NCBI GenBank assembly: GCA_965217275.1
Contig: OZ244400.1
Location: 4,931,129-4,995,128 of the forward strand
DNA: 64,000 nucleotides
Direction of reading: 5' to 3'
Origin: Cyclobacteriaceae bacterium
GTDB lineage: Bacteria > Bacteroidota > Bacteroidia > Cytophagales > Cyclobacteriaceae
Shown: piece by piece, positions 19,834-29,700 of the stretch
How the letters are laid out: the number at the start of each line of letters is the position of its first letter
Numbering within the stretch: the stretch's first letter is position 1
Made by a program: the position numbers and the translations under genes
Notes under the pieces: generated by a model
Databases searched by the model: none
Seen by the model: the letters and a program-made list of their open reading frames with translations, nothing else
Told to the model about the DNA's origin: nothing

Positions 19834-20250
19834 ATGACTTCTTTATCCAACCCATTGGCTAATCTCTTTTGCCGATTATTAGGGTTTTCAATGCTGCTGG
19901 CTGCTGCCGGTTGCGGAACTGACGATCCTAATGACCCCTTTGCTGGCTTTCCGAGAGAAGCTACTATCGAGTACAAGGTCACTTCTACGCAAGCGAACGC
20001 CATCGCTGATGTGGAGTACACCAACGCAACCGGGGGAGATACCGACTTGGACGACCAAATCCTTCCCTTTAGCGTAAAGATTACTAAAACTGTCGAGTTT
20101 GCGGAGATATTCACCCTACTAGCTAGTACTGATGCCTCTTCGGTTACGCTTCAGATTTTGGTAGACGGCCAAATAGTCGAGAATGAAACTTCCGAAACCA
20201 ATTCTTCTTCGCAGATAGCAGTTATCTCGTATCAATTCGGCAGTCAATAG
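19834..20250 (+). CDS. hypothetical lipoprotein
   Basis: Lipobox-like LLAAAGC after a hydrophobic stretch, in an AT-richer segment. ATG 19834 is an alternative to TTG 19825. Confidence 0.4.
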   Translation: MTSLSNPLANLFCRLLGFSMLLAAAGCGTDDPNDPFAGFPREATIEYKVTSTQANAIADVEYTNATGGDTDLDDQILPFSVKITKTVEFAEIFTLLASTDASSVTLQILVDGQIVENETSETNSSSQIAVISYQFGSQ

Positions 20251-20360
20251 TCTATTAAACTATCAAAGTTTTAATTATATCTAGTAGAAGATCACAAATT
20301 TATAATTCGAGTGCGCGATTAGCGCGTTGATGTTCTATAGGCTCCTGTACTTCGAGATTC

Positions 20361-21920
20361 ATGACTGCTGAATTCCGCACTCGACATAAGTCTATTAGTG
20401 GGTTCGAATCAGTGGACTTTCCGGACTTTACGATACTTACCGGTCGAAACGGTTCAGGAAAAACCCACTTGCTACAGGCTATAGAACAAGGAAAAGTAGT
20501 TATTCAAGGAATACCTTCTGATGACATCCGTTATTTCAGCTACCACTCTTTTGTAGTGTCAACAGCTGATGAAGACGAAAAGCATAGGCAGTGGAATAAA
20601 GAAGAATGGTCTTCACTCCAGGAAGCGCTGCGAGGGGGGTGCAAACATAAGAAGGATGTAAAAGATAAGTATCCTAGCTTATATAAAGCATTAGAACGAT
20701 GGCCGGAAGGTAAACCTCTCGACAAAATAACTAAAGAATCCTTCAGGCCACTCAACCTCCTTTTGCAAGATATTACGGAGGCAGAAGAGCAGTATCACAT
20801 TGCTAAGTTTAAGAACACTTTTATAGAAAAAGAAGTCCTTTCTGGTGAGCTAGCTGCCATTGATAATGATCCACCTAGCGTACTACTAAACGAAGTTTTA
20901 AAAGAGTATGACTGTAATGGCTATCAACTTGCAAGTGAATCAAATTATTCGTCACAAGAAACATATAAAGGATTTAAGGTAGATATGGATGTAAAAGTGG
21001 TGCTCACCCGTGAGGGTGTTAAAGGCATTGATTTTTCTGAATTGTCTTCAGGAGAGCGGACCCTAATGGCACTTTCAATGCTTATTTTTAAAGCCCGGCT
21101 GAATAATATTCTTCCTCGAGTTCTATTGCTGGATGAAATTGACGCTTCACTGCATCCGTCGATGATAGAAAGAATGATACGCGTCATTCAAACTCTGTTC
21201 ATTGAGAAATACGGTATGAAGGTCATCCTAGCGACACACTCACCCACCACTGTAGCGCTGGGCCCTGAAGAGTCTATCTTTGTAATCAGCAATGAGAATG
21301 GGCAGACTGCTATTCAAAGAAAGGATAAACAGAAAGCTATTGATACTTTATCAGACGGATTCATCACTCTTGACAAAGGGCTGCAGTTGTTAGATCAAGT
21401 CGCTCAACAAAGGCTCAACATATTTACCGAAGGTAATAACACAAGTTATATAGAGAAAGCTATTGACTTGTTGGCTCCCGAACTGTCAGACAGTATTAAG
21501 GTAATTGATACCATAAAAGATAGAAGCGGTCATACACAGTTGAAAGTTTTGTATGAATTCTTTTTAAGGTTAAATCATTCCAACTCAGTGCTGTTTGTCT
21601 ACGATTGTGATGTTAAAGGTGAACATAAGGAAGAAAACAACACCTTTTGCTATACTTTCCCTAAAAACAGATCGAATAAGATATTTCTAAAAGGAATAGA
21701 AAATATGTTTTCTGAGTCGCTATTCATTGAGGATCAAGATTACAGTAAAATAGAATATTTAACGAGCAGTAGTCCAAAAATAGAGTATAAACCTGACAAA
21801 GCAAGAAAAGCACAAATCTGTGATCGGATAACCAAAAATGGTACTCCTGAACACTTCGAAAATTTTCAGAGTCTAATCGATAGAATTAGGGTCATTCTTG
21901 CCCAAATCTCTAGTAGTTGA
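20361..21920 (+). CDS. ABC/SMC-like AAA ATPase fused to a C-terminal TOPRIM/DUF4435-like domain (OLD-family or fused AbiL-like candidate defence protein)
   Basis: Walker A GRNGSGKTHLL. Signature-like LSSGERTLMAL. Walker B VLLLDEIDASLHP, then ILATHSP. C-terminal NIFTEGNN (about 21418-21441), VYDCDV (about 21598-21615), GIENMF (about 21693-21710). Confidence 0.7.
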   Translation: MTAEFRTRHKSISGFESVDFPDFTILTGRNGSGKTHLLQAIEQGKVVIQGIPSDDIRYFSYHSFVVSTADEDEKHRQWNKEEWSSLQEALRGGCKHKKDVKDKYPSLYKALERWPEGKPLDKITKESFRPLNLLLQDITEAEEQYHIAKFKNTFIEKEVLSGELAAIDNDPPSVLLNEVLKEYDCNGYQLASESNYSSQETYKGFKVDMDVKVVLTREGVKGIDFSELSSGERTLMALSMLIFKARLNNILPRVLLLDEIDASLHPSMIERMIRVIQTLFIEKYGMKVILATHSPTTVALGPEESIFVISNENGQTAIQRKDKQKAIDTLSDGFITLDKGLQLLDQVAQQRLNIFTEGNNTSYIEKAIDLLAPELSDSIKVIDTIKDRSGHTQLKVLYEFFLRLNHSNSVLFVYDCDVKGEHKEENNTFCYTFPKNRSNKIFLKGIENMFSESLFIEDQDYSKIEYLTSSSPKIEYKPDKARKAQICDRITKNGTPEHFENFQSLIDRIRVILAQISSS

Positions 21921-21953
21921 AAACGGATTAGGAAACTTTCGGTCCGTATACAA

Positions 21954-21980
21954 GTCTGGCGCAGTGCCTCCGGCACTGTG
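21954..21980. repeat. 27-nt element GTCTGGCGCAGTGCCTCCGGCACTGTG (hairpin CAGTGCC-TCC-GGCACTG); exact inverted copy at 35930..35956
   Basis: Exact reverse complement match. Flanking ~40 nt are also loosely similar (..TAC..CAGGG..CCC..CTAC..). Confidence 0.9.
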
Positions 21981-22077
21981 CCTTACATAACCAGGGACTA
22001 TGTCCCGCTACAAATAGTGACGGTTTTTTGATTCAACTATGGATTCAATCGACAGAAAGGTCCATCTTGCTTTGAGA

Positions 22078-22180
22078 TGGGCCTTTTACCCTCCGTGCAG
22101 CGCCACGGCTAACATCGCGGAACGATCAAAGTCCTAACGAGCGTAATACTCCATGGTGATGCTTCTATTGCTCATCGTCG
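22078..22180 (-). pseudogene. decayed duplicate of the last ~30 codons plus stop of the ABC ATPase gene 22688..24193
   Basis: Aligns with 22679-22781 at roughly 80% identity. Reads MSNRSITMEYYAR*DFDRSAMLAVALHGG* against the intact MSQGSITAEFARPDFDRSAMLAAALHGG*. Confidence 0.8.
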
Positions 22181-22182
22181 TT

Positions 22183-22401
22183 TTACAGCGGCTTAACTTC
22201 TTCGTCAGGAATGAGGTTGCCATCTTTGTCCATCTCGCGCCACTCACCGGTCTCGTCCATCACGAAGCTTCTACCCTTGAGCCTTATGCTGGATTTGTAG
22301 GGGTTTTCCCAAGAACCGAGTGGGGCACTTTTATTCGTCTGACGGCTTATCTGGGCCGAACTTTTCTTTGAGGGTTTCTTCGTACGCGATGAATTTTTCA
22401 T
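22183..22401 (-). CDS. hypothetical small protein (start uncertain; overlaps the next ORF by 71 nt)
   Basis: 72-aa ORF. Only the acidic C-terminal part (..VMDETGEWREMDKDGNLIPDEEVKPL) looks protein-like. Confidence 0.25.
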   Translation of the reverse strand: MKNSSRTKKPSKKSSAQISRQTNKSAPLGSWENPYKSSIRLKGRSFVMDETGEWREMDKDGNLIPDEEVKPL

Positions 22402-22594
22402 GATCTACTTGATGATAGGTTCTGTATTCGGCAAAGAGTAGATCATGAAACTGTCCTTTGGTACCCTGTTTGGATAAGTCTTCCCGATAGTGTTCCGCAA
22501 TCTTCTGACAATTAATCGTCTGCCAGAAAATCTCGGCTTTGGTATTATTCAGATTGGACAGGGTGATGACCGCGTTCTTAGCTTCTCTATTCAT
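22331..22594 (-). CDS. hypothetical small protein
   Basis: 87-aa ORF inside the ~0.5 kb segment bracketed by the duplicated ABC-gene 3' ends. No motif recognised. Confidence 0.35.
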   Translation of the reverse strand: MNREAKNAVITLSNLNNTKAEIFWQTINCQKIAEHYREDLSKQGTKGQFHDLLFAEYRTYHQVDHEKFIAYEETLKEKFGPDKPSDE

Positions 22595-22687
22595 AATAAA
22601 TTTGAAGAGTTTCGCCTAAAGATAGAACGCCGCATGAATACAATGGATGCCAAGCTGTTTTTTATGCGTGAAGGGTTAGTGGGCCTT

Positions 22688-24193
22688 TTACCCTCCGTGC
22701 AGCGCTGCGGCTAGCATCGCCGAACGATCAAAATCCGGGCGAGCAAACTCGGCGGTGATGCTTCCCTGGCTCATCACCAGGATGCGGTCGCACAAGCCCA
22801 TCAGCTCCTCCAGTTCGGACGAGATAAACAGCACGCCCGTTCCGTCGGCCACCCGTTGGTTCATCAGCGTGTAGATTTCGTGCTTCGCTCCCACGTCGAT
22901 ACCCTTGGTGGGCTCGTCGAGAATGAGCAGGGCGGGCCGAATCATGAGCCACTTGGCCAGCACCACCTTCTGCTGGTTGCCCCCGCTCAGGGTGCTCACC
23001 GGCTGCTGCGTCAGGCTGTGACGCTTCACCCGGGTGGCATCGGCCTGCTGAGTAGCCGCCTCCCGGAGTGCCGCAAAGTTCACCGACCCGAGCATCCGGC
23101 GGGCAAAGGTGGGCAGACCCACCAGGCGGACGTTCTCGTCAATGTTCCGGGGCATCAGCAAACCTTCTTCCCGCCGGTCTTCGGTCAGAAAACCCACCCG
23201 TTTCCGAATCCACCGGCGCGGAGTAGGCCGGTTAACGGTTTGCCCTTGCCACCGAATCTGCCCGCCTTCGGCCGGGTCCAGTCCGTAGAGCAGGCGGGCC
23301 ATCTCGGTGCGTCCGGCTCCCACCAGCCCGTAGAACCCCACCACTTCGCTTCGGCGAACCGCAAAGGAGACATCGCGCACCCGCTCCCCGGCTCGGAGGC
23401 CGCTTACTTCCAGCAGCACCTTGTCGGAGGGCAGCGAGGAGCGGGCGGGGAAGAACTGCTCCACGGTGCGCCCCACCATGTGGTTCACCAGGGTGGCGAG
23501 CTCGTAGCCCGCGGATCGATCGTAGTGCGCCACCCGCTCGCCGTCGCGCAGCACCAGAATCGCGTCGGCCAGCTCCATCACCTCCTCCAGGTTGTGCGAG
23601 ATGTAGATCATCGCCATACCCTCACGGCGCAGCTGCTGCATCAGGCCAAAGAGGTGCTCCCGTTCGTGCTGGGTCAGGGCGGTGGTGGGCTCGTCGAAGG
23701 TGATGATGCGGGGGTTACTGCCCAGCGCCTTAGCCACTTCCACCAACTGCTGTTGGGCGGGCCCCAGTTGCTCGAGCAAGTGGTTGGGCGATACGTCCAA
23801 ACCCACCTGTTCCAGTAATTGCTTGGCCCGCACGGAGGCTTGCTTTCGGTTCAGCACCGGCAGGCCGAGCCAGTTTTTCTGGGGCAGGTGGGTGAGCAAC
23901 AGGTTTTCGGCCACGCTCAGGTTGGGAAACAGGTTGAGCTCCTGGTGGATAAAGCCAATGCCTGCCACCTGGGCCTCCCGTGGCGACGGCGGACGAAACG
24001 GTTGACCATCCAACCGCAACTCCCCCTGCGAGGGAGAAAGCAAACCACTCACAATGTTCATCAGCGTGGACTTGCCCGCCCCGTTTTCGCCGATCAATCC
24101 TAGTATTTGTCCCGCTTCCAGGGAGAAGTCGACGCCCCGCAGTACGGTGGCTTCTCCGAAGCGCTTATGAATATTGGTGGCGGTTAGTAGCAT
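22688..24193 (-). CDS. sugar ABC transporter ATP-binding protein (two fused NBDs, RbsA/MglA/XylG type)
   Basis: Two Walker A sites (GENGAGKST; GLVGAGRTE). Signatures LGPAQQQLVEVAKAL and LSGGNQQKVVLAKWL. Walker B ITFDEPT and LILDEPT. Confidence 0.9.
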   Translation of the reverse strand: MLLTATNIHKRFGEATVLRGVDFSLEAGQILGLIGENGAGKSTLMNIVSGLLSPSQGELRLDGQPFRPPSPREAQVAGIGFIHQELNLFPNLSVAENLLLTHLPQKNWLGLPVLNRKQASVRAKQLLEQVGLDVSPNHLLEQLGPAQQQLVEVAKALGSNPRIITFDEPTTALTQHEREHLFGLMQQLRREGMAMIYISHNLEEVMELADAILVLRDGERVAHYDRSAGYELATLVNHMVGRTVEQFFPARSSLPSDKVLLEVSGLRAGERVRDVSFAVRRSEVVGFYGLVGAGRTEMARLLYGLDPAEGGQIRWQGQTVNRPTPRRWIRKRVGFLTEDRREEGLLMPRNIDENVRLVGLPTFARRMLGSVNFAALREAATQQADATRVKRHSLTQQPVSTLSGGNQQKVVLAKWLMIRPALLILDEPTKGIDVGAKHEIYTLMNQRVADGTGVLFISSELEELMGLCDRILVMSQGSITAEFARPDFDRSAMLAAALHGG

Positions 24194-24247
24194 AGCAGTA
24201 GAAAAGAATTTATAAGCAGCTTTGTATCACGATTTGCCGTCCGTTGA

Positions 24248-25318
24248 TCATTCAACCGCCTGGGTTTTGACCAGTGCCCCGCTCCGCTCCTGCCAGACGT
24301 AGGCCACCGCCGCCAGCAAGATCACGCTGCCCTTCACCATCATGATCAGAAAGTACGATAAGCCAATCAGGTTCAGGCTGTTGTCTAGCAGCACAATAAA
24401 CAGCACCCCGTACACCGTCCAGCGAATTTTGCCTTTCCCTCCGAACAGGCTGGTGCCCCCGATCACCACCGCCCCGATCACGTCGAGCAGAATGTGCTGC
24501 CCCATCACCGGCGAGCCGGTTTCCAGACGCGCGGTGTAGAGCACTGAGGCGATTGCCGCGCATACGCCACTCAGCGCGTAGGCAAACAGCAGGGTAGAGG
24601 CCCCGTCTACCCCCGAAATGCGAGCCGCTTTTGGGTTGAGTCCGACGGCGTAGAGCCACTGCCCCAGCGGCGTTCGGTTCAGCACGTAGTAGGCCAGTCC
24701 GACCACCGCTGCGCCGATGTACAGGGGGGCGGGCAAGCCCAGCCACCGTGCGTAGGGCAGATCGACGAAGGCTTCGGGCAGGTTGTAGATGTTCTGCGAG
24801 GTGGTGAACCAGACGGCCAGGCCGCTAAAGAAGATCATGGTGGTGAGCGTCACCATAAACGGCGGCATGCCCAGGCGCACCACCGCCAGCCCGTTGGCGA
24901 GGCCCACCAACAAACCCACCAGCAGCATGGCCCCCCCGCCGAGCGTGATGGCCCAGAAAGGAGAGAGCGTGCTGTGGTCGGAGCTCATCACGTAGCCGCC
25001 CACCACGCTGCTGAGCGCCACCACCGAAGTCACCGATAGGTCGATGCCCGCGGTGAGCATCACCAGGGTTTGCCCCACACTCACGATCAGCAGGGGCAGC
25101 AGGTTGAACAGCAAACTCCAGTGGTTGTGCGCCGTGGAGAAGCCCGGGGCCAGAAAGACCATCAGGACGTAGTAGGCCAGGCACAAATAAAGAATCAGGT
25201 GCTCCGAGGCATCAAAAAGATGGCCGAATCGCTTGGATGGATGTTGGGCAGAAGTCAAATCGCTAGTTCTTTTTTCTTGCGTTGAATACAAGCACTTTAC
25301 CACGGCTGGTGCCCTCAC
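24248..25318 (-). CDS. sugar ABC transporter permease (RbsC/AraH-like)
   Basis: About 10 hydrophobic segments and a conserved ..TAGIDLSV.. motif. Adjacent to the ATPase gene. The true start is probably downstream of 25318. Confidence 0.8.
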   Translation of the reverse strand: MRAPAVVKCLYSTQEKRTSDLTSAQHPSKRFGHLFDASEHLILYLCLAYYVLMVFLAPGFSTAHNHWSLLFNLLPLLIVSVGQTLVMLTAGIDLSVTSVVALSSVVGGYVMSSDHSTLSPFWAITLGGGAMLLVGLLVGLANGLAVVRLGMPPFMVTLTTMIFFSGLAVWFTTSQNIYNLPEAFVDLPYARWLGLPAPLYIGAAVVGLAYYVLNRTPLGQWLYAVGLNPKAARISGVDGASTLLFAYALSGVCAAIASVLYTARLETGSPVMGQHILLDVIGAVVIGGTSLFGGKGKIRWTVYGVLFIVLLDNSLNLIGLSYFLIMMVKGSVILLAAVAYVWQERSGALVKTQAVE

Positions 25319-25436
25319 CAGCCGCCGGAGGTCAGGGACGTGAAGATACGTAAATTGCTTATCAATCCTTCAGCCCTTGTTTAAGACGGTATATCCGCTT
25401 AAATTCTATACCTTAGCATAGTAATTCTAGCGTATT

Positions 25437-25787
25437 ATGCAGTATAAGTTATTGTCGTCTATTCTGTCGCCCTTTAAGGATAAGCTGGCGATCCTGTGCC
25501 AACGGCATCACGTCGATAAACTGTATCTGTTTGGCTCAGCAACCACCGAGCGGTTTGCTCAGGATAGCGACCTGGATCTGATTGTGCGCTTCCTTTCGGT
25601 GAATCTGCCACCGGAAGACCGCGGGCAACTATACTGGGACTTGCTAACTGCTCTGGAGCAACTCTTCGACCGCAAAGTGGATCTACTCACCGACAAGAAG
25701 TTTGACAATCCTTACTTTCGCCAGGAAGTTGAGAAAACCAAAACGCTGATCTATGACCAGTCCCAAAGCGCAGAAGTACTTGTATGA
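25437..25787 (+). CDS. nucleotidyltransferase, MNT-type antitoxin
   Basis: GS-x10-DxD motif (LFGSATTERFAQDSDLDLIV). Overlaps the HepT gene by 35 nt. Confidence 0.85.
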   Translation: MQYKLLSSILSPFKDKLAILCQRHHVDKLYLFGSATTERFAQDSDLDLIVRFLSVNLPPEDRGQLYWDLLTALEQLFDRKVDLLTDKKFDNPYFRQEVEKTKTLIYDQSQSAEVLV

Positions 25788-26121
25788 CGTACTGACGGCT
25801 ATTCGGCGCATTGAAGACTTCTTGGGCGCACGGCGCGACTTCTCCGTATACCAACAGGATGTTATGTTGCGTAGTGCGGTAGAGCGACAGCTGATTATCA
25901 TTGGGGAAGCCGTAAACCGACTTCGGCAACTGGACGAAACCATTCCCCTCACCTCCTCGCAAGCCATTGTGCAGTTCCGCAACCGCATTACCCACGAGTA
26001 CGACCGTATTGATGACGTAAACGTTTGGGCTATTTTGGTAAAACACCTACCAGTGCTGAAAAAGGAGGCTGAGATATTGCTCAATAATTCCAATCGGTAT
26101 GACTCACCGGTAGCCGATTAA
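25753..26121 (+). CDS. DUF86/HepT-type toxin (HEPN)
   Basis: Rx4HxY motif RNRITHEYD. 122 aa, paired with the MNT gene. Confidence 0.85.
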   Translation: MTSPKAQKYLYDVLTAIRRIEDFLGARRDFSVYQQDVMLRSAVERQLIIIGEAVNRLRQLDETIPLTSSQAIVQFRNRITHEYDRIDDVNVWAILVKHLPVLKKEAEILLNNSNRYDSPVAD

Positions 26122-26794
26122 GTTCGTTTCTCCGCTTTTTCCAATCAGGTAAGTAAAAATCCAGGTGCGCCCTAAACCGTTCGTTATGGTGCCGTTCCAG
26201 CAAGTGCACCATCTCGTGCACAACAATATATTCCAGGCAAGTAACCGGCTTCTTGGCTAACTCCAGATTCAGCCAGACCCGGCCTTTTTCCGGGTGGCAG
26301 GTGCCCCAGCGGGTTTTCATACGCTTGACTCCCCAATAGCGTACCTGCATTCCCATCTTCTTCTCCCAGTAAGCAACCATATCAGGAATCAACTGCTTTA
26401 GCTCGCAACGGTACCAGGCATCGAGCACCTGCTTTTTATAAGCAGTCGGAACCGATGGCCTTACGTGTAAGTCCAGGTACTTTCCGTTGAGTGCTACCCA
26501 TCCGGCACCCGTGGTGTCCTGTAGCCGTAGTAAATAACGTCGTCCCTGAAAATAGTGGCTTTCTCGTTCCTGGCACTCGCAGACTGGTAAACGTTCCTGC
26601 TGCTCAAAACGTCGCTGTTGGCGTTTGATCCAGGCCAGTTTGGTGATGGCAAACAGCCGGGCTACTTCGTCATTCACCCGTAGCGGAACCGCCAAACGTA
26701 CCCGTCCGGTGGGAGGATACACGGCGAGGTGCATATTTTTAATGTCCTTGCGGACCACATCGACGCAAACGTCGCTGATTTCTATTTGGTGCAT
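26081..26794 (-). CDS. DUF45/YgjP-like (M48-type) predicted zinc metallohydrolase
   Basis: HEMVHLLERHH (HExxH). Start lies 3 nt after the hsdR stop. The 3' end overlaps HepT convergently. Confidence 0.8.
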   Translation of the reverse strand: MHQIEISDVCVDVVRKDIKNMHLAVYPPTGRVRLAVPLRVNDEVARLFAITKLAWIKRQQRRFEQQERLPVCECQERESHYFQGRRYLLRLQDTTGAGWVALNGKYLDLHVRPSVPTAYKKQVLDAWYRCELKQLIPDMVAYWEKKMGMQVRYWGVKRMKTRWGTCHPEKGRVWLNLELAKKPVTCLEYIVVHEMVHLLERHHNERFRAHLDFYLPDWKKRRNELNRLPVSHTDWNY

Positions 26795-26796
26795 CG

Positions 26797-29700
26797 CTAA
26801 TAGTCTGATTGGCGGCGAATGAGGTCAAAGAGGGTATCAATTTCTCCCTCGTCTTCTACCCCGTGTTGCTTGAGTATTTCGGCCACTGCTAAGCGCACCT
26901 CCCTCGTTTTGAATTTATTGTCCCGCCACGCATCCTTCTTCGTATAACGGACTGCCTGGTCCAGCGCCAGCGATAGTTCCTCGTTTTTATTGAGATTATC
27001 GTAGAGAGAACGCTGCGCCGGGGTTTGCAGCGCTTCCGGATAGGAAGTAGTCGTTTCGGGGCGTACAATCCGCTCGGTCAACGCCACCACTTTCTCCAGG
27101 TACTGCGCGTACGCCTCGGTTTGGTCCTTACGCAGGGCAATCAACTCGTCCAGAAGCACACTCATTTTGTCGTAGTAGGCCGGATTGTTCGGGCTTTCTT
27201 CTACAATCACCTTACGCAGGTTGCTTTCAATTACCTCGGCCATGCTTTCCGGATTTTCCCGAATCGACGGGGGAAGCTCATCCAGGGCATCCGGGCCCTT
27301 TTGCACAATAAGCTCCACCAGCGATAAGTCGTCAAAGTTACTCAACGTCGTACTTTTCTTGGCTTCCAGGTAAAGGTCAATCAACCGTCGCATGCCGGGC
27401 TCGTGCCGCTTTAGGTCTACGTATTCGCCCGTGGCGAGCATGATTTCCTCCTTGAGTTGCTGAAAGTGCTTCACCTCTTCCCGAATGCGCTGCGCCGTAG
27501 CGGGGTGATAACCGGCATCCTCCATATCATTGGCCAAGTCGGCGTAGGCGCGCACCAGTTGCGAGACCACTTTATACAGACTGCGGCGGCGCGGCTCCGT
27601 CTCCTGCACAGCCTCGGGCACTGCCGGGTCACCAGCAAAGTAATGACGATACTCGGCTTGCCCCTTGGGCGGAGCTACGGGTTCGCACAGAGCCTTTACC
27701 GTCTCCAGGGCTTCGTCCAGCCGCTCCCGCCCCTTGGTCAGGCGGTTGGCTAGCAGCCCGACCACGTCTTCGCGGTTGTAGCCGTCGAAGGCTTCCGAGG
27801 TATAGTCTTCTATAGACTTCCGCAGGCTCTTAAACAGGTCCTTGTAATCAATCACGTAGCCGTACTCTTTGTCTTCGCCGTCCAGCCGGTTCACCCGGCA
27901 AATAGCCTGGAACAACCCGTGGTCCTTCATGCTCTTGTCAATGTAGAGGTAGGTAGCCGAAGGTGCATCAAAGCCGGTCAGCAGCTTGTCTACCACAATG
28001 AGCAGCTTCATCTGGGCCGGTTCGTTTACAAACTTCCTCTTTACCTCTTCCTCAAAGTCTTCGGGCGACTTTCCGCCGAGCATCTTCTGATAGGTGTCGT
28101 ACTTCAGCAACTTCTCGGTAGCCCCTTCGCCGGTGGTTTCGCCCTTTACGTCGCGCGTTGTAGGGCGGTACGAGGTCACAATGGCGCACTGCGTGAATCC
28201 TACGCTCTGAAACAGGTCGTAGTAGCGGCAGGCGTTATACACACTGTCCGACACCAGCAGGGCATTGCCCCGCCCGTTTTGCAGCCGGTCTTTGGTGTCC
28301 ATGTCAATCATAATGTCGCGCACGATCTTCTCGAGCCGGGTTCTGGCACTAAACAGCTTCTTCATGGTGCCCCAGCGCTGCTTTAGCTCGGCCTTGGCGT
28401 AGTCGGTGAGTCCCTGCGTCTCCCGCTCAAACTGGCGGTCGGCTCTTTCGTGCTCATCCAGCACCTGCTCCACGCTGCGGGCTTCGTAGCGAAGGTCCAG
28501 CACCACCCGGTCGTTCACCGCTTCGTCGTACTTGTAGGTATGGATAAACCGCCCGAAGGCCTCCAGACTGTTCTTCTTGTCCTTCTTGAGCAGGGGCGTG
28601 CCCGTGAAGCCAATAAACAGGGCGTCGGGCAGCAGAGCCTTCATGCCCTCGTGCAGCTTGCCGCTCTGGGTGCGGTGGCACTCGTCCACCAGGATATAGA
28701 AGTCACCCTTGGGTGAAAAATCGGCGGGCAGATTGTTCTTTAGCTGCTGCAAATAATCATCCACGTCGCGGGCACTCACTTCTTCCTGTGCCCCAAACTT
28801 ATGCACCAGCGAGCAGAGCAACCACGGCCCCGTATCGTTCAGTTTCCCGATCAGGTCGTCGCCACTCTTGGTGCGATACACCTGCTCGTTCACGCCGTTG
28901 TATACCCGCTCAATCTGCTCGTCCAACTCGGTGCGGTCGGTGATGATGAGCACCCGGGCGTGGGGCACGTTCTGGCGAATCCACTTGGTGAGCCACACCA
29001 TCGTCAGGCTTTTGCCGCTGCCCTGGGTGTGCCACACAATGCCCCCCTCGCGCTGGCGCAGGTGCTCCTGGGCGGCTTTCACCCCGAAGTACTGGTTGGG
29101 GCGGGCCAGTTTCTTCATGCCCCGGTCAAACACCACAAAGTCGCGCATGAGCTCAATGAAACGCGTTTTGTTCAGCAGTTGGATCAGCTGCTTGTCCAGC
29201 GGCGAAGTGACTTCCGCCGCCAGTTGCCGCACGGGTTCGGTGAGTTGCAGCAGGTGGGGGTCGTTGGGGTTGGCGGCTTCGCTCACCTCCTTCCAGCGTA
29301 GGTAGTACTTTTCTTTGGTCTCGATGGTGCCGTAGGCCAGCCCCTCGGAGTCGTTGCCCGCCATCACCAACTGCATCGTGGCAAAAAACGGCCCGATAAA
29401 CAGGTGCGTTTGGTTGTCGAGGTTCTGGCGGATGCCCTGGTTGATCGACACGGTGCTCCGCTTGAGCTCAATCACGCCCAACGCAATGCCGTTCACGTAG
29501 AGCACCAGGTCGGGCCGCTTCTTATGCCGCCCGTCGATGGTCACCTCTTCGGCCAGGGCAAAGTCGTTGTTCAGAGGCTCTTGCCAATCGATAAGCCCCA
29601 CGGTCTGTTTGTGCTGCCCCACCTCGGGCTGCACCGTCACCCCGTAGCGCAGCAGCGTATACACCTCCTGGTTGAGGTAGTAGGGCGTTTTGCTGGTGTC

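Noticed and set aside
20401..20410. tRNA T-arm-like GGTTCGAATC that could mark a tRNA or att site
   Set aside because: It lies inside the ATPase coding frame (..SGFESV..). No acceptor or anticodon stems can be drawn around it. A 10-nt match is expected by chance.
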